A stretch of 64,000 bases of DNA from Kiritimatiellia bacterium (GCA_016783675.1 JADHWE010000006.1:1406-65405); one strand, 5' to 3'; shown: positions 18,131-28,450, counted from the stretch's first letter. A program made the numbers and translations. The notes: a model not told the origin generated them from the letters alone.

Positions 18131-20032
18131 CTATTCCCTGCCTGCTGCGCCTTGGACCAGCGATTCGCCTCGTTCGGATATCACCGTAGCAGTCACAAAA
18201 ATGATCAGGTTGCGCCGCTGCTCAACCGTATCCTTGCGACGGAAGAGCTGGCCAATGATCGGCAGGTGTCCCAGCACAGGAATACGGTGTTCCTTGTCCG
18301 CCGACACCACTTCGATCAAGCCGCCCATCACGACGGTCTCGCCGCTCTGCACGACGACCTTGGTCTGAACTTCACGCCGTGAGATGGTCGGCAGCTTCAC
18401 CTCAACCTGCTGCAGGCTGTTGCTGTTGCCCGCGCCCGTGTAATAATTGAATTCGTCCAGCTTGCTGATCGTCGGCGTGAGCAGCAGGCTCACACTGGAG
18501 CCATCATCACCCACGCTGGGCACAGCCACCAGCGTGATGCCCAGCTCGGCCAGGACGGGTGCGCCTTTGGGCATCAGCGCGGTCACGCTATACTTCTTGC
18601 CGTTGTCGTCCAGCAGACTGAACGCCTGGGCCTGGAACTCCTCGTAGTAGAGCAGGTCCTGGCCATGCCGCAGCTTGGCCGGATTGTTGTTCACGGTGGT
18701 AACGCGCGGAACCGATAGCGTGCGCCCTTTGCCCGACACCTCCAAAGCGTGCAGAACGGCCGTGAACATCGGTTGTGTCAAGATGCCCTGGTAGGTAAGG
18801 TTCAAGCCGTGGCCTTCGAGTGATGGCTCCTGGAGCGACGCGTTGAGGGGGCGCTCCGGGCTGGAGAAGGCCAGGCCTGCCGCCCCGGCGCCCGTCAGCT
18901 CAGCCGCCACCTGGTTTTTGGGAACACCGTTCACCAGACCCGGTTTGCGCGACATGGTCCACGGATCATCCAGGACCCAGTCGATCCCAATCTCCTGCAG
19001 GTCGTCGACCGACGCTTCGATGAAGCGGGCCTCGATCAGTACTTGCGGGGGACTCACATCCACAGCCTCGATGATCGCTTCCACGAGCGCCAGGTTATCG
19101 ATCGTGTCACGAACGAAAAGCGTGTGTGTGTTCTTGTCGAACATGAGCTGCGCACCCGCCACGGTCGGCAGGAACTTCGTGACCAGCTCTTCGATGTAGG
19201 TGGTCTGCGACGCCAACTCGGTGGCCATGAACGAAAGATCATTGCGGTTGATCGGGTTGGGACCGCCCTTCTGCTGCGGCCCTGCGGCGGTTCGCCAGTC
19301 GGTCGTATGGAACTGAACGCCCTTGTGCAGCTTGTAGATCCGCGTCTCAAGCGGGCCGGACTGCTTGCTGGCGGCCGGCGTCGCCCAGATCAGGTTTTCG
19401 CCGACGTAGAACTGAATGGCGTAGTTGCGTGACACGTAGTCGAGCAGCTCACGCAGCGGCACGTCATCGAGCTGCATGTCGAGCTTCTTGCCGGCCCCCA
19501 GGCCGCGGTCGGCCACGATGTTGATATTGTCGTCCGCGCCCAGCACCGCGATGATGGCGGGCAGATCGGCATCGGTGAGATGAATCGAGACCTTGCGGTC
19601 GAGCACCTCGCGCATGGGACCATCGGGACTCACATGGCTCCGCAGCGGCCGCCGCTCGTAGCGCACCGCACCGTAGGTCGGCGGCAGCGACTCCTTGAGG
19701 ACGGCCTCCACGCCCATGGCCTCGTTGGCCGCTGAACGGTCGATGGTGCCCTGGCGCGCCTGTTCGTCACGCAGGGCAGCCAGGATGCGCGTGCGCAGAT
19801 CCAACGCCAGGGGTGAGGGCGCCACGCCCTGCATCGCATCGATCCAGGCCACGAGGGCCACGCTGAACTGCTCCTGCTCGTACAGGTTGATGACCGGCTG
19901 GAGCGCTTCCTCGATTGCCTCCTCCACAACAGCCGCATCTTCAACGTCCGGGTTAAGGTGGCGGCAGCCTGCCCCCAGCATCATCACACCCAGCCCGCAC
20001 AGTCCCAGGGATAGCCGCAATTGTCTCTTCAT
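18131..20032 (-). CDS. secretin (PilQ/GspD family)
   Basis: C-terminal secretin domain VVVQSGETVVMGGLI...IPVLGHLPIIGQLFRRKDTVEQRRNLIIFVTATVI. The N-terminal signal carries a lipobox-like LGAGC. Confidence 0.85.
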   Translation of the reverse strand: MKRQLRLSLGLCGLGVMMLGAGCRHLNPDVEDAAVVEEAIEEALQPVINLYEQEQFSVALVAWIDAMQGVAPSPLALDLRTRILAALRDEQARQGTIDRSAANEAMGVEAVLKESLPPTYGAVRYERRPLRSHVSPDGPMREVLDRKVSIHLTDADLPAIIAVLGADDNINIVADRGLGAGKKLDMQLDDVPLRELLDYVSRNYAIQFYVGENLIWATPAASKQSGPLETRIYKLHKGVQFHTTDWRTAAGPQQKGGPNPINRNDLSFMATELASQTTYIEELVTKFLPTVAGAQLMFDKNTHTLFVRDTIDNLALVEAIIEAVDVSPPQVLIEARFIEASVDDLQEIGIDWVLDDPWTMSRKPGLVNGVPKNQVAAELTGAGAAGLAFSSPERPLNASLQEPSLEGHGLNLTYQGILTQPMFTAVLHALEVSGKGRTLSVPRVTTVNNNPAKLRHGQDLLYYEEFQAQAFSLLDDNGKKYSVTALMPKGAPVLAELGITLVAVPSVGDDGSSVSLLLTPTISKLDEFNYYTGAGNSNSLQQVEVKLPTISRREVQTKVVVQSGETVVMGGLIEVVSADKEHRIPVLGHLPIIGQLFRRKDTVEQRRNLIIFVTATVISERGESLVQGAAGRE

Positions 20033-20144
20033 AAGTCACCAGCTCCGGATGGATCTTTCAGTTCCCGGCTCTCATATACTGTCTGCACGATAGGGCGTGG
20101 GTGCCACCTTGACAATGGTGAATTGACCTGTCTACCATCGGGCC

Positions 20145-20948
20145 ATGAGAACTTTCCCTGTAGCCACCGTGCGTTTCACTGCGTTTGTTTTTGCCATTCT
20201 GACCCTGGTTGCCGCCACCGCCATGGCAGGCAGCATGGCAGGGCCGGAGGAGGGCCTGGTCACGCTGGAAGAGGCCGAAGGGTGGTTTGTCTCTGTCGCG
20301 TATGGGCAATCCGACCGTGAACTGCGCTTTGACAACCGGGTAACGCCGGTCGAGTTGAGCCGCATTACGGCCGCCACAGGTGTGGACGTCCTGCCGTTTC
20401 TCACGCTGCGCGCCGAGGCGGGCTCTGCGGGGATGGAGGTAGGGCTGATCGAGAGCAGCAGTGGATTCGAATGGGGCATCGGCGCCCGCGCAGCTCTGTG
20501 GGACTTCATTATAGAAGGGACCCCCGCCCTACCCCGCCGCCATGCAGTCAGGGTGGAAGTCGACGTGGCCTATCGCGAAGCATCCATGAAGCTTGAGGGC
20601 GTCTACTTCGGGACCACAGCCGACCCCGCCTCTGCGCTTGCGAATACGGACGAGTACCTGAAGTGGTCCGAACTGACCGTCTCGCCACTCATTCGTTACA
20701 CGCACAACCGCGCCACGGAGTCCGTCTGGAACCGTCGCATGCCAACCGGTGTCTCCGCTTACATCGGCCCGTACTACAGCGACTGGGATATCGACCACGC
20801 CCCGCTCGCAGGCAAAGGCAACAACGACTTCGGCATGCGCCTCGGCGCCGACCTGCGCATCGCCAACGGCTGGCTGGTTCAGCTTGATGCCGTTCTATAC
20901 GATGGCACCGACGACAGCTACTCGATCGGCATGGGGTACTATTTCTAG
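20145..20948 (+). CDS. putative outer-membrane beta-barrel protein
   Basis: Signal peptide (FAILTLVAATAMA), an alternating hydrophobic beta-strand pattern, and a terminal aromatic residue in ...YSIGMGYYF. Confidence 0.55.
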   Translation: MRTFPVATVRFTAFVFAILTLVAATAMAGSMAGPEEGLVTLEEAEGWFVSVAYGQSDRELRFDNRVTPVELSRITAATGVDVLPFLTLRAEAGSAGMEVGLIESSSGFEWGIGARAALWDFIIEGTPALPRRHAVRVEVDVAYREASMKLEGVYFGTTADPASALANTDEYLKWSELTVSPLIRYTHNRATESVWNRRMPTGVSAYIGPYYSDWDIDHAPLAGKGNNDFGMRLGADLRIANGWLVQLDAVLYDGTDDSYSIGMGYYF

Positions 20949-20949
20949 C

Positions 20950-21034
20950 GGGCGGGTGGTGAAATTGGCAGACACGCAGGATTTAGGATCCTGTGCCTCA
21001 CGGCTTGCGGGTTCGAGTCCCGCTCCGCCCACCA
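20950..21034 (+). tRNA. tRNA-Leu (anticodon UAG), class II with long variable arm, CCA encoded
   Basis: Acceptor GGGCGGG/TCCGCCC. D arm GTG-AAATTGGCAGA-CAC. Anticodon stem CAGGA/TCCTG with loop TTTAGGA. T arm GCGGG-TTCGAGT-CCCGC, followed by ACCA. Confidence 0.9.
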
Positions 21035-21055
21035 CTTCAGTAAAGGAGAGAGACG

Positions 21056-21415
21056 ATGGCAGCGTATGAGATGACGGGGGCCGTGAAGGTCGTGATGGAT
21101 GAAGTGACGTTTCCGAGCGGGTTCAACAAGCGCGAGTTTGTGGTGACCACGGAGGATGACCGCTATCCGCAGGACATTAAGTTTGAAACCGTCAAAGAGA
21201 AGACGGCCATGCTGAACGACCTGACCGTTGGCCAGCGCGTGAAGGTCACGTTCGACCTGCGCGGCAACGAGCATAACGGCCGCTACTACACCAATCTTTC
21301 CGCCTGGCGCGTTGAAGCCGCAGGCGAAGCCGCCCCCACGGGCGATGAAGCGCCTCCGGTCAGTGACGACTCATTCGTCCCCGAAGACCTCGACAGCGAC
21401 GAACCGCCGTTCTAG
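21056..21415 (+). CDS. DUF3127-family protein
   Basis: GAVKVVMDEVTFPSGFNKREFVVTTEDDRYPQDIKFETVKEKT...GNEHNGRYYTNLSAWRVE matches the DUF3127 pattern, with an acidic tail. Confidence 0.7.
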   Translation: MAAYEMTGAVKVVMDEVTFPSGFNKREFVVTTEDDRYPQDIKFETVKEKTAMLNDLTVGQRVKVTFDLRGNEHNGRYYTNLSAWRVEAAGEAAPTGDEAPPVSDDSFVPEDLDSDEPPF

Positions 21416-21421
21416 CAGCGC

Positions 21422-21442
21422 GGCCCGCTCGGAGAGCGGGCC
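21422..21442 (+). terminator. possible terminator hairpin after the DUF3127 gene (no U-tract)
   Basis: GGCCCGCTC-GGA-GAGCGGGCC, 7 nt after the stop codon. Confidence 0.35.
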
Positions 21443-21460
21443 CTACCGGCCCAAAGCGGA

Positions 21461-21532
21461 GAGGAGGGGAGGCCTTCCGCAGACCTTTGGACGCCGCAGG
21501 CGGACTCCAGTCAAGGAAGGTCTCCCCTCCTC
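21461..21532. repeat. 18-bp imperfect inverted repeat between the convergent DUF3127 and fusA genes
   Basis: GAGGAGGGGAGGCCTTCC (21461-21478) pairs with GGAAGGTCTCCCCTCCTC (21515-21532) at 17 of 18 positions, with a 36-nt loop. Confidence 0.6.
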
Positions 21533-21542
21533 GGAGCGCCCT

Positions 21543-23636
21543 TTACTTGATCTTATTGGCTTCGCGGCGCTTCTTGATGATCTCTTCGGCGATGGCGAAC
21601 GGGACGGCTTCGTAATGTTCGAAGTGCATGGTGAAGTTGCCGCGTCCCTGTGTGACGGTGCGGATCGCGTTGGAGTAACCGAACATCTCGCTCAGCGGGA
21701 CACGTCCCTCGACCACGCGAATGCCGCCGGGCTGCTCGCTCATCGATTCGATGCGGCCGCGGCGTTGGCATATCGATCCGGTAACCGAGCCCATATACTC
21801 CTCGGGGGCTGACACCTCGACCAACATGATCGGCTCAAGCAGTTCAGGGCTCGCCTGCATGAATATGTTGCGGAAGCAGACGCGCGCGGCCTCGGAGAAG
21901 GCGAACTCGCTGGAGTCGACATCGTGCGATGAACCGTCGAACACCGTCACCTTCATATCTACCACGGGGTAGCCGGCAAACGGGCCGCTCTCCATGGCCT
22001 TAATGACGCCCTTCTCAACCGCCGTGATGTACTCGGACGGAATGTTACCGCCCTTGACTTCGTTCTCGAATGAGAAGCCAACCCCCGGCTCCTGCGGCTC
22101 CATGCGCAGATGCACGTGTCCGTACTGACCGCGTCCACCCGACTGCTTGGCATGCTTGTACTGCCCTTCCAGGCCCACGGTCGCGGTCTCGCGATAGGCC
22201 ACCTCGGGACGGCCGACGTCGGCGACAACGCTGAACTCGCGCTTGAGCCGCTCCACCAGCACTTCCAGGTGAAGTTCACCCATGCCGGCAATGATCGTCT
22301 CAGAGGTCTCGTCGTCGAATCCAACCGTGAAAGTGGGATCCTCTTCCGCCAGCGCATGGAGGGCCGCGCCCATCTTGTCGTTGTCCTGGCGTGTGGCCGG
22401 CTTGATGCTGATCGACATCACCGGCGCAGGAAACTCGATACTGTCGAGCAACACCGGGTGATCCTTCATGCAGATCGTGTCGCCCGTACGCGTCTGCGAC
22501 AGCCCCACGACAGCAATAATATCGCCACACATGGCGCGTTCCAGCGCCTGCTGGCGGTTGGCGTGCATGCGGATGATACGCCCGATGCGCTGGGTGCGGT
22601 CCTGCGTGCTGTTATAGACCGTTGTGCCCGACTCAACAGCACCCGAGTAGATTCGCATGAAGACCAATTTGCCCATGTGCTTGTCTGCCACCACCTTGAA
22701 CGCCATGGCCGAGAAGATCTCCTCGTCGTTGGCCTTCAGCTCAGACTCGCCATCGTCGTGGGCATGGATGATCGGCGGGATGTCCTCGGGAGAAGGCAAG
22801 TAGTCCACGATGCCGTCCAAGAGGCGCTGCACCCCCTTGTTCTTGAATGCGGAGCCACAATAGGCAGGAATCACGCGGCGGTCGACCGTGGCATGGCGGA
22901 TGATCTTACGAATCTCCTCCTCGCTCAGGTCACCGGTTTCCAGGAACTTCTCCAACAGGTCGTCATCGCCCTGTTCGGCACACTTCTCGACCAGGTTGGC
23001 GCGCCACTGCTTGGCTTCTTCGAGCCGATCTGCAGGGATATCATCCTCGTGGTAGCTGGCACCCATGTCCTTGTCGCTGTAATAGACCGCCCGCATAGTC
23101 ACGAGGTCGATCACGCCCTCGAACTTGTCCTCGCTACCAATCGGAACCACCATCGGCACGGCGTTGGCGCCAAGGATATTCTGGATACTCTCGACCACGC
23201 CGAAGAAGTCCGCGCCCGTGCGATCCATCTTGTTGATGAACGCAAGTTTCGGCACGCTGTATTTCTCGCTCTGGCGCCAGACCTGCTCGGACTGCGGCTG
23301 CACACCGCCCACGGCGCAGAAAAGCGCCACGGCGCCATCCAGCACGCGCAGGCTGCGCTCTACCTCGGCCGTGAAGTCAACGTGCCCCGGTGTGTCGATC
23401 AGCGTGATCTGGTGGTCGCGCCAGTTGGTTGTGGTCGCAGCCGACGTGATCGTGATGCCACGCTCCTGCTCCTGGTCCATCCAGTCCATGATCGCGGCGC
23501 CGTCATGCACCTCGCCGATCTTGTGGGTCTTGCCCGAATAATAAAGAATGCGTTCGCTCACCGTGGTCTTGCCCGCGTCGATGTGGGCCATGATCCCGAT
23601 GTTGCGTATGCGGCTAAGCGGTATTTCCCGTACCAT
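21543..23636 (-). CDS. fusA: elongation factor G (stand-alone copy, not in an str operon)
   Basis: [35 protein letters not shown]...[19 protein letters not shown]. About 697 aa when started at ATG 23636. The 46-codon 5' extension in the track is rejected. Confidence 0.9.
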   Translation of the reverse strand: MVREIPLSRIRNIGIMAHIDAGKTTVSERILYYSGKTHKIGEVHDGAAIMDWMDQEQERGITITSAATTTNWRDHQITLIDTPGHVDFTAEVERSLRVLDGAVALFCAVGGVQPQSEQVWRQSEKYSVPKLAFINKMDRTGADFFGVVESIQNILGANAVPMVVPIGSEDKFEGVIDLVTMRAVYYSDKDMGASYHEDDIPADRLEEAKQWRANLVEKCAEQGDDDLLEKFLETGDLSEEEIRKIIRHATVDRRVIPAYCGSAFKNKGVQRLLDGIVDYLPSPEDIPPIIHAHDDGESELKANDEEIFSAMAFKVVADKHMGKLVFMRIYSGAVESGTTVYNSTQDRTQRIGRIIRMHANRQQALERAMCGDIIAVVGLSQTRTGDTICMKDHPVLLDSIEFPAPVMSISIKPATRQDNDKMGAALHALAEEDPTFTVGFDDETSETIIAGMGELHLEVLVERLKREFSVVADVGRPEVAYRETATVGLEGQYKHAKQSGGRGQYGHVHLRMEPQEPGVGFSFENEVKGGNIPSEYITAVEKGVIKAMESGPFAGYPVVDMKVTVFDGSSHDVDSSEFAFSEAARVCFRNIFMQASPELLEPIMLVEVSAPEEYMGSVTGSICQRRGRIESMSEQPGGIRVVEGRVPLSEMFGYSNAIRTVTQGRGNFTMHFEHYEAVPFAIAEEIIKKRREANKIK

Positions 23637-23798
23637 GATTGTCTCCTGACCTTCCCTGTCTCTTTCCTTCTGAAAAATGAAAAGCGCGGAACTATGGACT
23701 TCTGGCCACGTTTGTTCAAGGCCGAAAAGGCAGTTTCTTCGTGAAGATACTGTTGCGATCCTCCATAATGCCATCTCTTTACGTTCTGAAAGGACACT

Positions 23799-25352
23799 AT
23801 GTCAGACGAAAAACGCAACATTCTATTCATCTCGAGTGACCAGCAGCATTGGATGGCCATGGGGTACCTGAACCCTGAGGTGAAGACCCCCAACCTGGAC
23901 CGCCTTGTGGAGAGCGGCATGACGTTCCACCGCGCCTACACGGTCAATCCCACATGTACGCCCACCCGTGCAAGTTGGATTACCGGGCTCTATCCCAGCC
24001 AACACGGAGCCTATTCGCTCGGCACCAAGCTCATGGAAGACGTCCCTACCCTTGGCGACGCATTCCAGGTGCATGGCTACCGCACGGCGCTCGTGGGCAA
24101 AGCGCATTTCCAGCCGTTGGCATCGACCGAGGAATACGCGTCGCTCGAATCCTACCCCATCATGCATGACCTGGACTTCTGGCGCGGTTTCCACGGGCCA
24201 TTCTACGGTTTCGATCATGTCGAACTGGCGCGCAATCACGTGGACGAAGCGCACGTCGGACAACACTACGCGCTCTGGATGGAAGAGAAGGCGCCCGGTG
24301 CGTGGCGGGACTACTTTGTGCCCACGCCTGCCAACCTGCCCGAACATGACGGCTACCCCCTGTCGTCCCGCCAACGCCCGCCCGCCGGCGGGGCCTGGGA
24401 CATCCCCGAGGAGCTGCACTATGATGCCTGGATCGCCGAGCGCACGAACGCGTTGATGGAGGACTTCGCTGAGAAGGGGGAGCGTTTCTTTCTCTGGGCC
24501 AGCTTCTTCGATCCGCACCCGCCCTACATGGTGCCGGAGCCCTACGCCAGCATGTACGACCCGGCCGAGGTGACCGTGCCGGCGCATCGCGAGGGCGAGT
24601 TCGAGGACAAGCCGCCCTACTTCGAGTTGTCGCAACAGGAGAAGCCTGACTTCAGCGCGTTCCGGGAGTCTGAAGGCAACGGTATCCATGGCGCAGGCAG
24701 CCACCTCAGTTCACAGGAGGTGCGGGCGAAGAAGATTGCGACGATGTACGGCATGATGACCATGCTCGACACCTACATTGGAAAGATCCTGGCCAAGCTG
24801 GACGCATTGGGGCTTACCGAGAGCACGCTGGTCTGCTTCACGACCGATCACGGCGACTTCCTCGGACAGCACGGGCTCACGGCCAAGGCCATCCACCATT
24901 ACGAGGATCTGCTGCGAGTTCCCCTTGTGGTGAGCATGCCCGGCACCGTCCCGGCCGGGATCGTATCCGACGCACTGCAGTCGACGGTCGACTTGCCCCA
25001 GACATTCCTCAGCGTGGCCGGCTTGCCCGTACCGCGCCACATGGCAGGCGTTGACGAGCGTGAGGTGTGGACGGGAAGCGTTGCGTCCCTTCGCGATCAT
25101 GTCATAGTCGAAAACCAGCACCAGCCGACCACGATGAACATGCGCACATTCATTACGCAGCGCTACAAGCTGACGATTCACTTCAACCGCGACTATGGCG
25201 AGCTCTATGACCTGGAAGCCGACCCTGGTGAATACACGAATCTCTGGAAAAGCCCGGATCACCAAGGCATGAAGCAGGATCTGTTGCTCAAGTTCCTTTA
25301 CGGCGAGATGGCCAAGGCCCCCCTCCCCATGCCGCGCATCGCGGGCGCGTGA
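23799..25352 (+). CDS. Cys-type sulfatase (no signal peptide)
   Basis: ILFISSDQQ metal-site start and the C-x-P-x-R motif in [14 protein letters not shown]. Confidence 0.85.
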   Translation: MSDEKRNILFISSDQQHWMAMGYLNPEVKTPNLDRLVESGMTFHRAYTVNPTCTPTRASWITGLYPSQHGAYSLGTKLMEDVPTLGDAFQVHGYRTALVGKAHFQPLASTEEYASLESYPIMHDLDFWRGFHGPFYGFDHVELARNHVDEAHVGQHYALWMEEKAPGAWRDYFVPTPANLPEHDGYPLSSRQRPPAGGAWDIPEELHYDAWIAERTNALMEDFAEKGERFFLWASFFDPHPPYMVPEPYASMYDPAEVTVPAHREGEFEDKPPYFELSQQEKPDFSAFRESEGNGIHGAGSHLSSQEVRAKKIATMYGMMTMLDTYIGKILAKLDALGLTESTLVCFTTDHGDFLGQHGLTAKAIHHYEDLLRVPLVVSMPGTVPAGIVSDALQSTVDLPQTFLSVAGLPVPRHMAGVDEREVWTGSVASLRDHVIVENQHQPTTMNMRTFITQRYKLTIHFNRDYGELYDLEADPGEYTNLWKSPDHQGMKQDLLLKFLYGEMAKAPLPMPRIAGA

Positions 25353-25429
25353 CGCTCCCCGTCATTTCACGCCTTGACTCGCGGCAGGGGTAACGGAACA
25401 CTGCCTGCGAAAAGGGATGGGACCCGACT

Positions 25430-25921
25430 ATGAGTGACAGCATAGCCATACGACCGGCAGAGTTCAGGGATGCCGAACAGGTATTCGGCCTCATTAAGGC
25501 CTATCCCGACGAGCTCCTGGGGCGACCCATTGGTGATATCGTGCAGAATATCGACCGCTTTCTGGTGGCCGAGCAGGACGGCGCGATTGTGGGCACTGTC
25601 TCGTGGCACGTGCTGCCGGAAATCGGGGCGCCGCGCCATCCCTTTGTTGAGATCAAGTCACTCGCCGTTGCCAGGGAGTGCCAGGGCCAGGGGCTGGGCC
25701 GCGACCTGGTGAATCGTGCCATCCAACGCGTGACCCCCATGCATCCGGCCCGCATCATTGCCCTGACGTTCACGCCGCCCTTCTTCAAGGCCATGGGGTT
25801 CGTGGAGGTGCCGAAGGAACAGCTCATGCACAAGATCTACACCGGCTGCATGAGTTGCACCAAGTACGACTCCCCCTTCACCTGCCCGGAAGTCGCCATG
25901 GCGCTCGATCTACCGGCCTGA
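25430..25921 (+). CDS. GNAT-family N-acetyltransferase
   Basis: Acetyl-CoA loop QGQGLGRDLVNRAI, with a C-terminal Cys cluster CMSCTKYDSPFTC. Confidence 0.75.
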   Translation: MSDSIAIRPAEFRDAEQVFGLIKAYPDELLGRPIGDIVQNIDRFLVAEQDGAIVGTVSWHVLPEIGAPRHPFVEIKSLAVARECQGQGLGRDLVNRAIQRVTPMHPARIIALTFTPPFFKAMGFVEVPKEQLMHKIYTGCMSCTKYDSPFTCPEVAMALDLPA

Positions 25922-27409
25922 TCAGGCCGGCGCCACCAGGTCCTGGATCTGCACGTGGCCCACGGAGGTTTCCAGTCCGCCGTCAGCCTGTTGCACCAGC
26001 TCGGCCACAGCGGGATCCAGCGCATCCAAGCCCAGGTCCTCCGGCGCGCTGCCGTGCTGCATGATGGCGTCCATCACGTCCTTGACCGACAAGTCGGTCG
26101 GCGCATGGCGCAGCACGTAGCAGCCCTGGGCATCACTCAGCTCCCCCATGATGCCGGCCTTCGAGAGCTCGCCAACCACCACATTCACAAACCGCACCGG
26201 CACACGGTGTTCGTGCGCGTAGGACTCCACGTCAAACGGGGACGCCTCCTTGCGATGCATCGTCCGGGCGGCTTCGACCACCAACGAGAGCGCCAACATG
26301 GCGCGCGACTGCAGGCTGGCCGAACGCGCCGAGCGCTCCATCCGGTAGGTGCCGCAATGCTGCACGGCGAACGCGACCTCCGCGCCAAACAGCACGATCT
26401 CCCAGCTTACGTACACCCAGGCCAGCAAGATGGGCACCGTGGCAAAACTCCCATAAATGCGACCATAGCGCGCCGCGCCTACCTGCAGCTTGGCACATGC
26501 CAGCATCCACGCAATAAACAGCAATGCGCTGATCAGCCCCCCGCTCAACCCCGGCCACAGCCGGACGCGTGTGTTGGGCATAAACATGATAATGAACCCG
26601 AAAGTGAGTGTGCTCATCAGCACAACCATCAGGTTCTTCAGAAAGCCGGACCCCAGGAAGGTCCGCACCAGATTGGCCGCACCATCGTCGAGGAAACGCG
26701 TGGCAAAATCCACAACGGGCAGCGATGAAGCCAGCAATATCAGAAAAGGCAGGATGAAGAGCACACTAAGGTAGTCGGTGAACTTGCGCCACAGCGCACG
26801 CCCGTGCGTGATGCCCCACACGCGGTTGAATGATCCCTCGATTTGGCCAAGTACGGCCACAACCATCCAGATCAGAACCCCAAGACCCACGCCTCCAAGC
26901 GCCGCGAAGCTGATGTTCTCGACCTTCTCGAACCCAGCTTCAACCAAGTGATCGATCTCGCCGGCAAGCGACCGGGTTTCATCCTCGGCTGCCGGGGCCA
27001 CAGCAAACGGTCCCGCCTCAGCGTCGCCCGTGCTGTCCGGCGCGACATCAACCACTTCGCCCCGCGCCTGTTCGAACCGCGCGGTCCAGTCCGACACCAG
27101 CCCGCGAATCCTGTCCTGCGCGATATCCTCGTTTCCAAGCCCGCGCGCCAGGGCGAGTGACAGCGCCAGGACCGGTACGATGGCCATCAATGTATTGAAC
27201 GTGAGGGCTGCGGCATGAATGGGGCACTCGTCCGCCTTGAACCCGCGAAAGACAAGGGAGATCACGCGGACCACCCGGACGCCGAGCCCACGCGCGCCTT
27301 CGACCGAACCCACGTCAAGGTCCCAGACATCTTCGGCCGCAAACCGCCACGCCCGCCGCAGTCCACTGCGCAACTCGGCCAGGCGTCTCGCCATTCCGCT
27401 CATCGTCAC
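25922..27409 (-). CDS. YihY/BrkB-family membrane protein with a C-terminal Rrf2-like winged-helix extension
   Basis: The YihY-type TM core spans roughly residues 40-350. The C-terminal ~140 aa (SLQSRAMLALSLVVEAARTMH...VRFVNVVVGELSKAGIMGELSD...YVLRHAPTDLSVKDVMDAI) resembles an Rrf2/wHTH domain. Confidence 0.65.
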   Translation of the reverse strand: MTMSGMARRLAELRSGLRRAWRFAAEDVWDLDVGSVEGARGLGVRVVRVISLVFRGFKADECPIHAAALTFNTLMAIVPVLALSLALARGLGNEDIAQDRIRGLVSDWTARFEQARGEVVDVAPDSTGDAEAGPFAVAPAAEDETRSLAGEIDHLVEAGFEKVENISFAALGGVGLGVLIWMVVAVLGQIEGSFNRVWGITHGRALWRKFTDYLSVLFILPFLILLASSLPVVDFATRFLDDGAANLVRTFLGSGFLKNLMVVLMSTLTFGFIIMFMPNTRVRLWPGLSGGLISALLFIAWMLACAKLQVGAARYGRIYGSFATVPILLAWVYVSWEIVLFGAEVAFAVQHCGTYRMERSARSASLQSRAMLALSLVVEAARTMHRKEASPFDVESYAHEHRVPVRFVNVVVGELSKAGIMGELSDAQGCYVLRHAPTDLSVKDVMDAIMQHGSAPEDLGLDALDPAVAELVQQADGGLETSVGHVQIQDLVAPA

Positions 27410-27424
27410 ACTCCCGTTTGCAGG

Positions 27425-28450
27425 CTAACCAGCGGGTCCACGTTCGCCGTACAGCATCTCGTAGTAGCCCTGGTAGGCCCCGCTGCGCACGTGCTCAAGC
27501 CATTCATCGTTTTCCAGGTACCAGTGCACCGTCGCCTTGAGCGCATCTTCAAAACTCAGTGTCGGCGTCCACGCCAACTCGTCGCGGATCTTCGACGAGT
27601 CCATGGCGTAGCGCCGGTCGTGACCGGGGCGGTCTTCCACGAACTGGATCAGCGAATCCGGTTTGTCGAGCAGGGCCAACAACTGCTTCACGATCTCCAG
27701 GTTCGGCACATCGTGATCGCTGCCGATGTTGTAGACCTCGCCAGTGCGGCCCTTGCGCATGACCGCATCGATTGCCTGGCAATGGTCCTGCACATAGATC
27801 CAGTCGCGCACATTCATGCCGTCGCCGTAGACCGGCAGCGGCTTGTCCTCGAGCGCGTTGGCAATCATGAGGGGGATCAACTTCTCTGGAAACTGGTAGG
27901 GCCCGAAATTGTTCGAGCAGCGCGTGATAACCGAATCGATACCGTGGGACTTGTGCGCGGCGCGCACCAGAAGGTCGGCCCCCGCCTTCGTCGCGGCATA
28001 GGGGTTGTTCGGCGCGAGCGGAGTCTGCTCCGTAAATTGCCCCTCCGGTCCGAGCGAACCGTACACCTCGTCCGTTGAGATCTGGACGAAACGCTGTACG
28101 CCGTGCACGCGGGCGGCATCCAGCAGTAGCTGCACTCCCATCACGTTGGTGCGAATGAAAGCCTCGGCGCCAATGTGGAGGCTGCGGTCGACATGGCTTT
28201 CCGCAGCGAAATTCACCACGATGTCGATCTCGTGCGACCGGAACACGCTCTCCACGTCCTCCTCAGACGCAATGTTCCTGCGCTCCAGGATATGGCGCTC
28301 GTCATCCTCGAATGCCGACAGGTTCTCGAGGTTCCCGGCATACGTCAGCACATCCATATTGACGATCTCTATCTCCGGGTAACTCGTCAGCATGTGCCGC
28401 ACGAAGTTGCTGCCAATAAACCCCGCACCGCCTGTAACCAGTAGTCTCAT
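27425..28450 (-). CDS. rfbB: dTDP-glucose 4,6-dehydratase
   Basis: MRLLVTGGAGFIGSNFV Rossmann motif and YAATKAGADLL (Y-x3-K). About 341 aa when started at Met 28450. Confidence 0.9.
   Translation of the reverse strand: MRLLVTGGAGFIGSNFVRHMLTSYPEIEIVNMDVLTYAGNLENLSAFEDDERHILERRNIASEEDVESVFRSHEIDIVVNFAAESHVDRSLHIGAEAFIRTNVMGVQLLLDAARVHGVQRFVQISTDEVYGSLGPEGQFTEQTPLAPNNPYAATKAGADLLVRAAHKSHGIDSVITRCSNNFGPYQFPEKLIPLMIANALEDKPLPVYGDGMNVRDWIYVQDHCQAIDAVMRKGRTGEVYNIGSDHDVPNLEIVKQLLALLDKPDSLIQFVEDRPGHDRRYAMDSSKIRDELAWTPTLSFEDALKATVHWYLENDEWLEHVRSGAYQGYYEMLYGERGPAG

Noticed and set aside
20109-20138. Sigma70-like TTGACA-N18-TACCAT upstream of the OMP gene
   Set aside because: The -10-like hexamer ends only ~6 nt before the ATG, which leaves no room for a leader or SD. 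With unknown promoter rules for this lineage, it is not supportable.
20950-21415. tRNA-Leu as an integration hotspot, with the DUF3127 gene as phage or island cargo
   Set aside because: There is no integrase, no direct repeat of the tRNA 3' end and no visible compositional shift downstream.
22110-23744. 544-aa + strand ORF antisense to fusA
   Set aside because: It lies fully inside a gene with unambiguous EF-G motifs on the other strand. The product is Arg/His/Leu/Val-rich and low in complexity, which is typical of antisense ORFs in GC-rich DNA.
25913-25930. Perfect 18-nt palindrome CCGGCCTGATCAGGCCGG containing the stop codons of both convergent genes (GNAT and YihY)
   Set aside because: The palindrome is real in the sequence, but it has no loop and no U-tract. 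It is most simply a coincidence of two genes both ending ...PA-stop. It is not called as a terminator.
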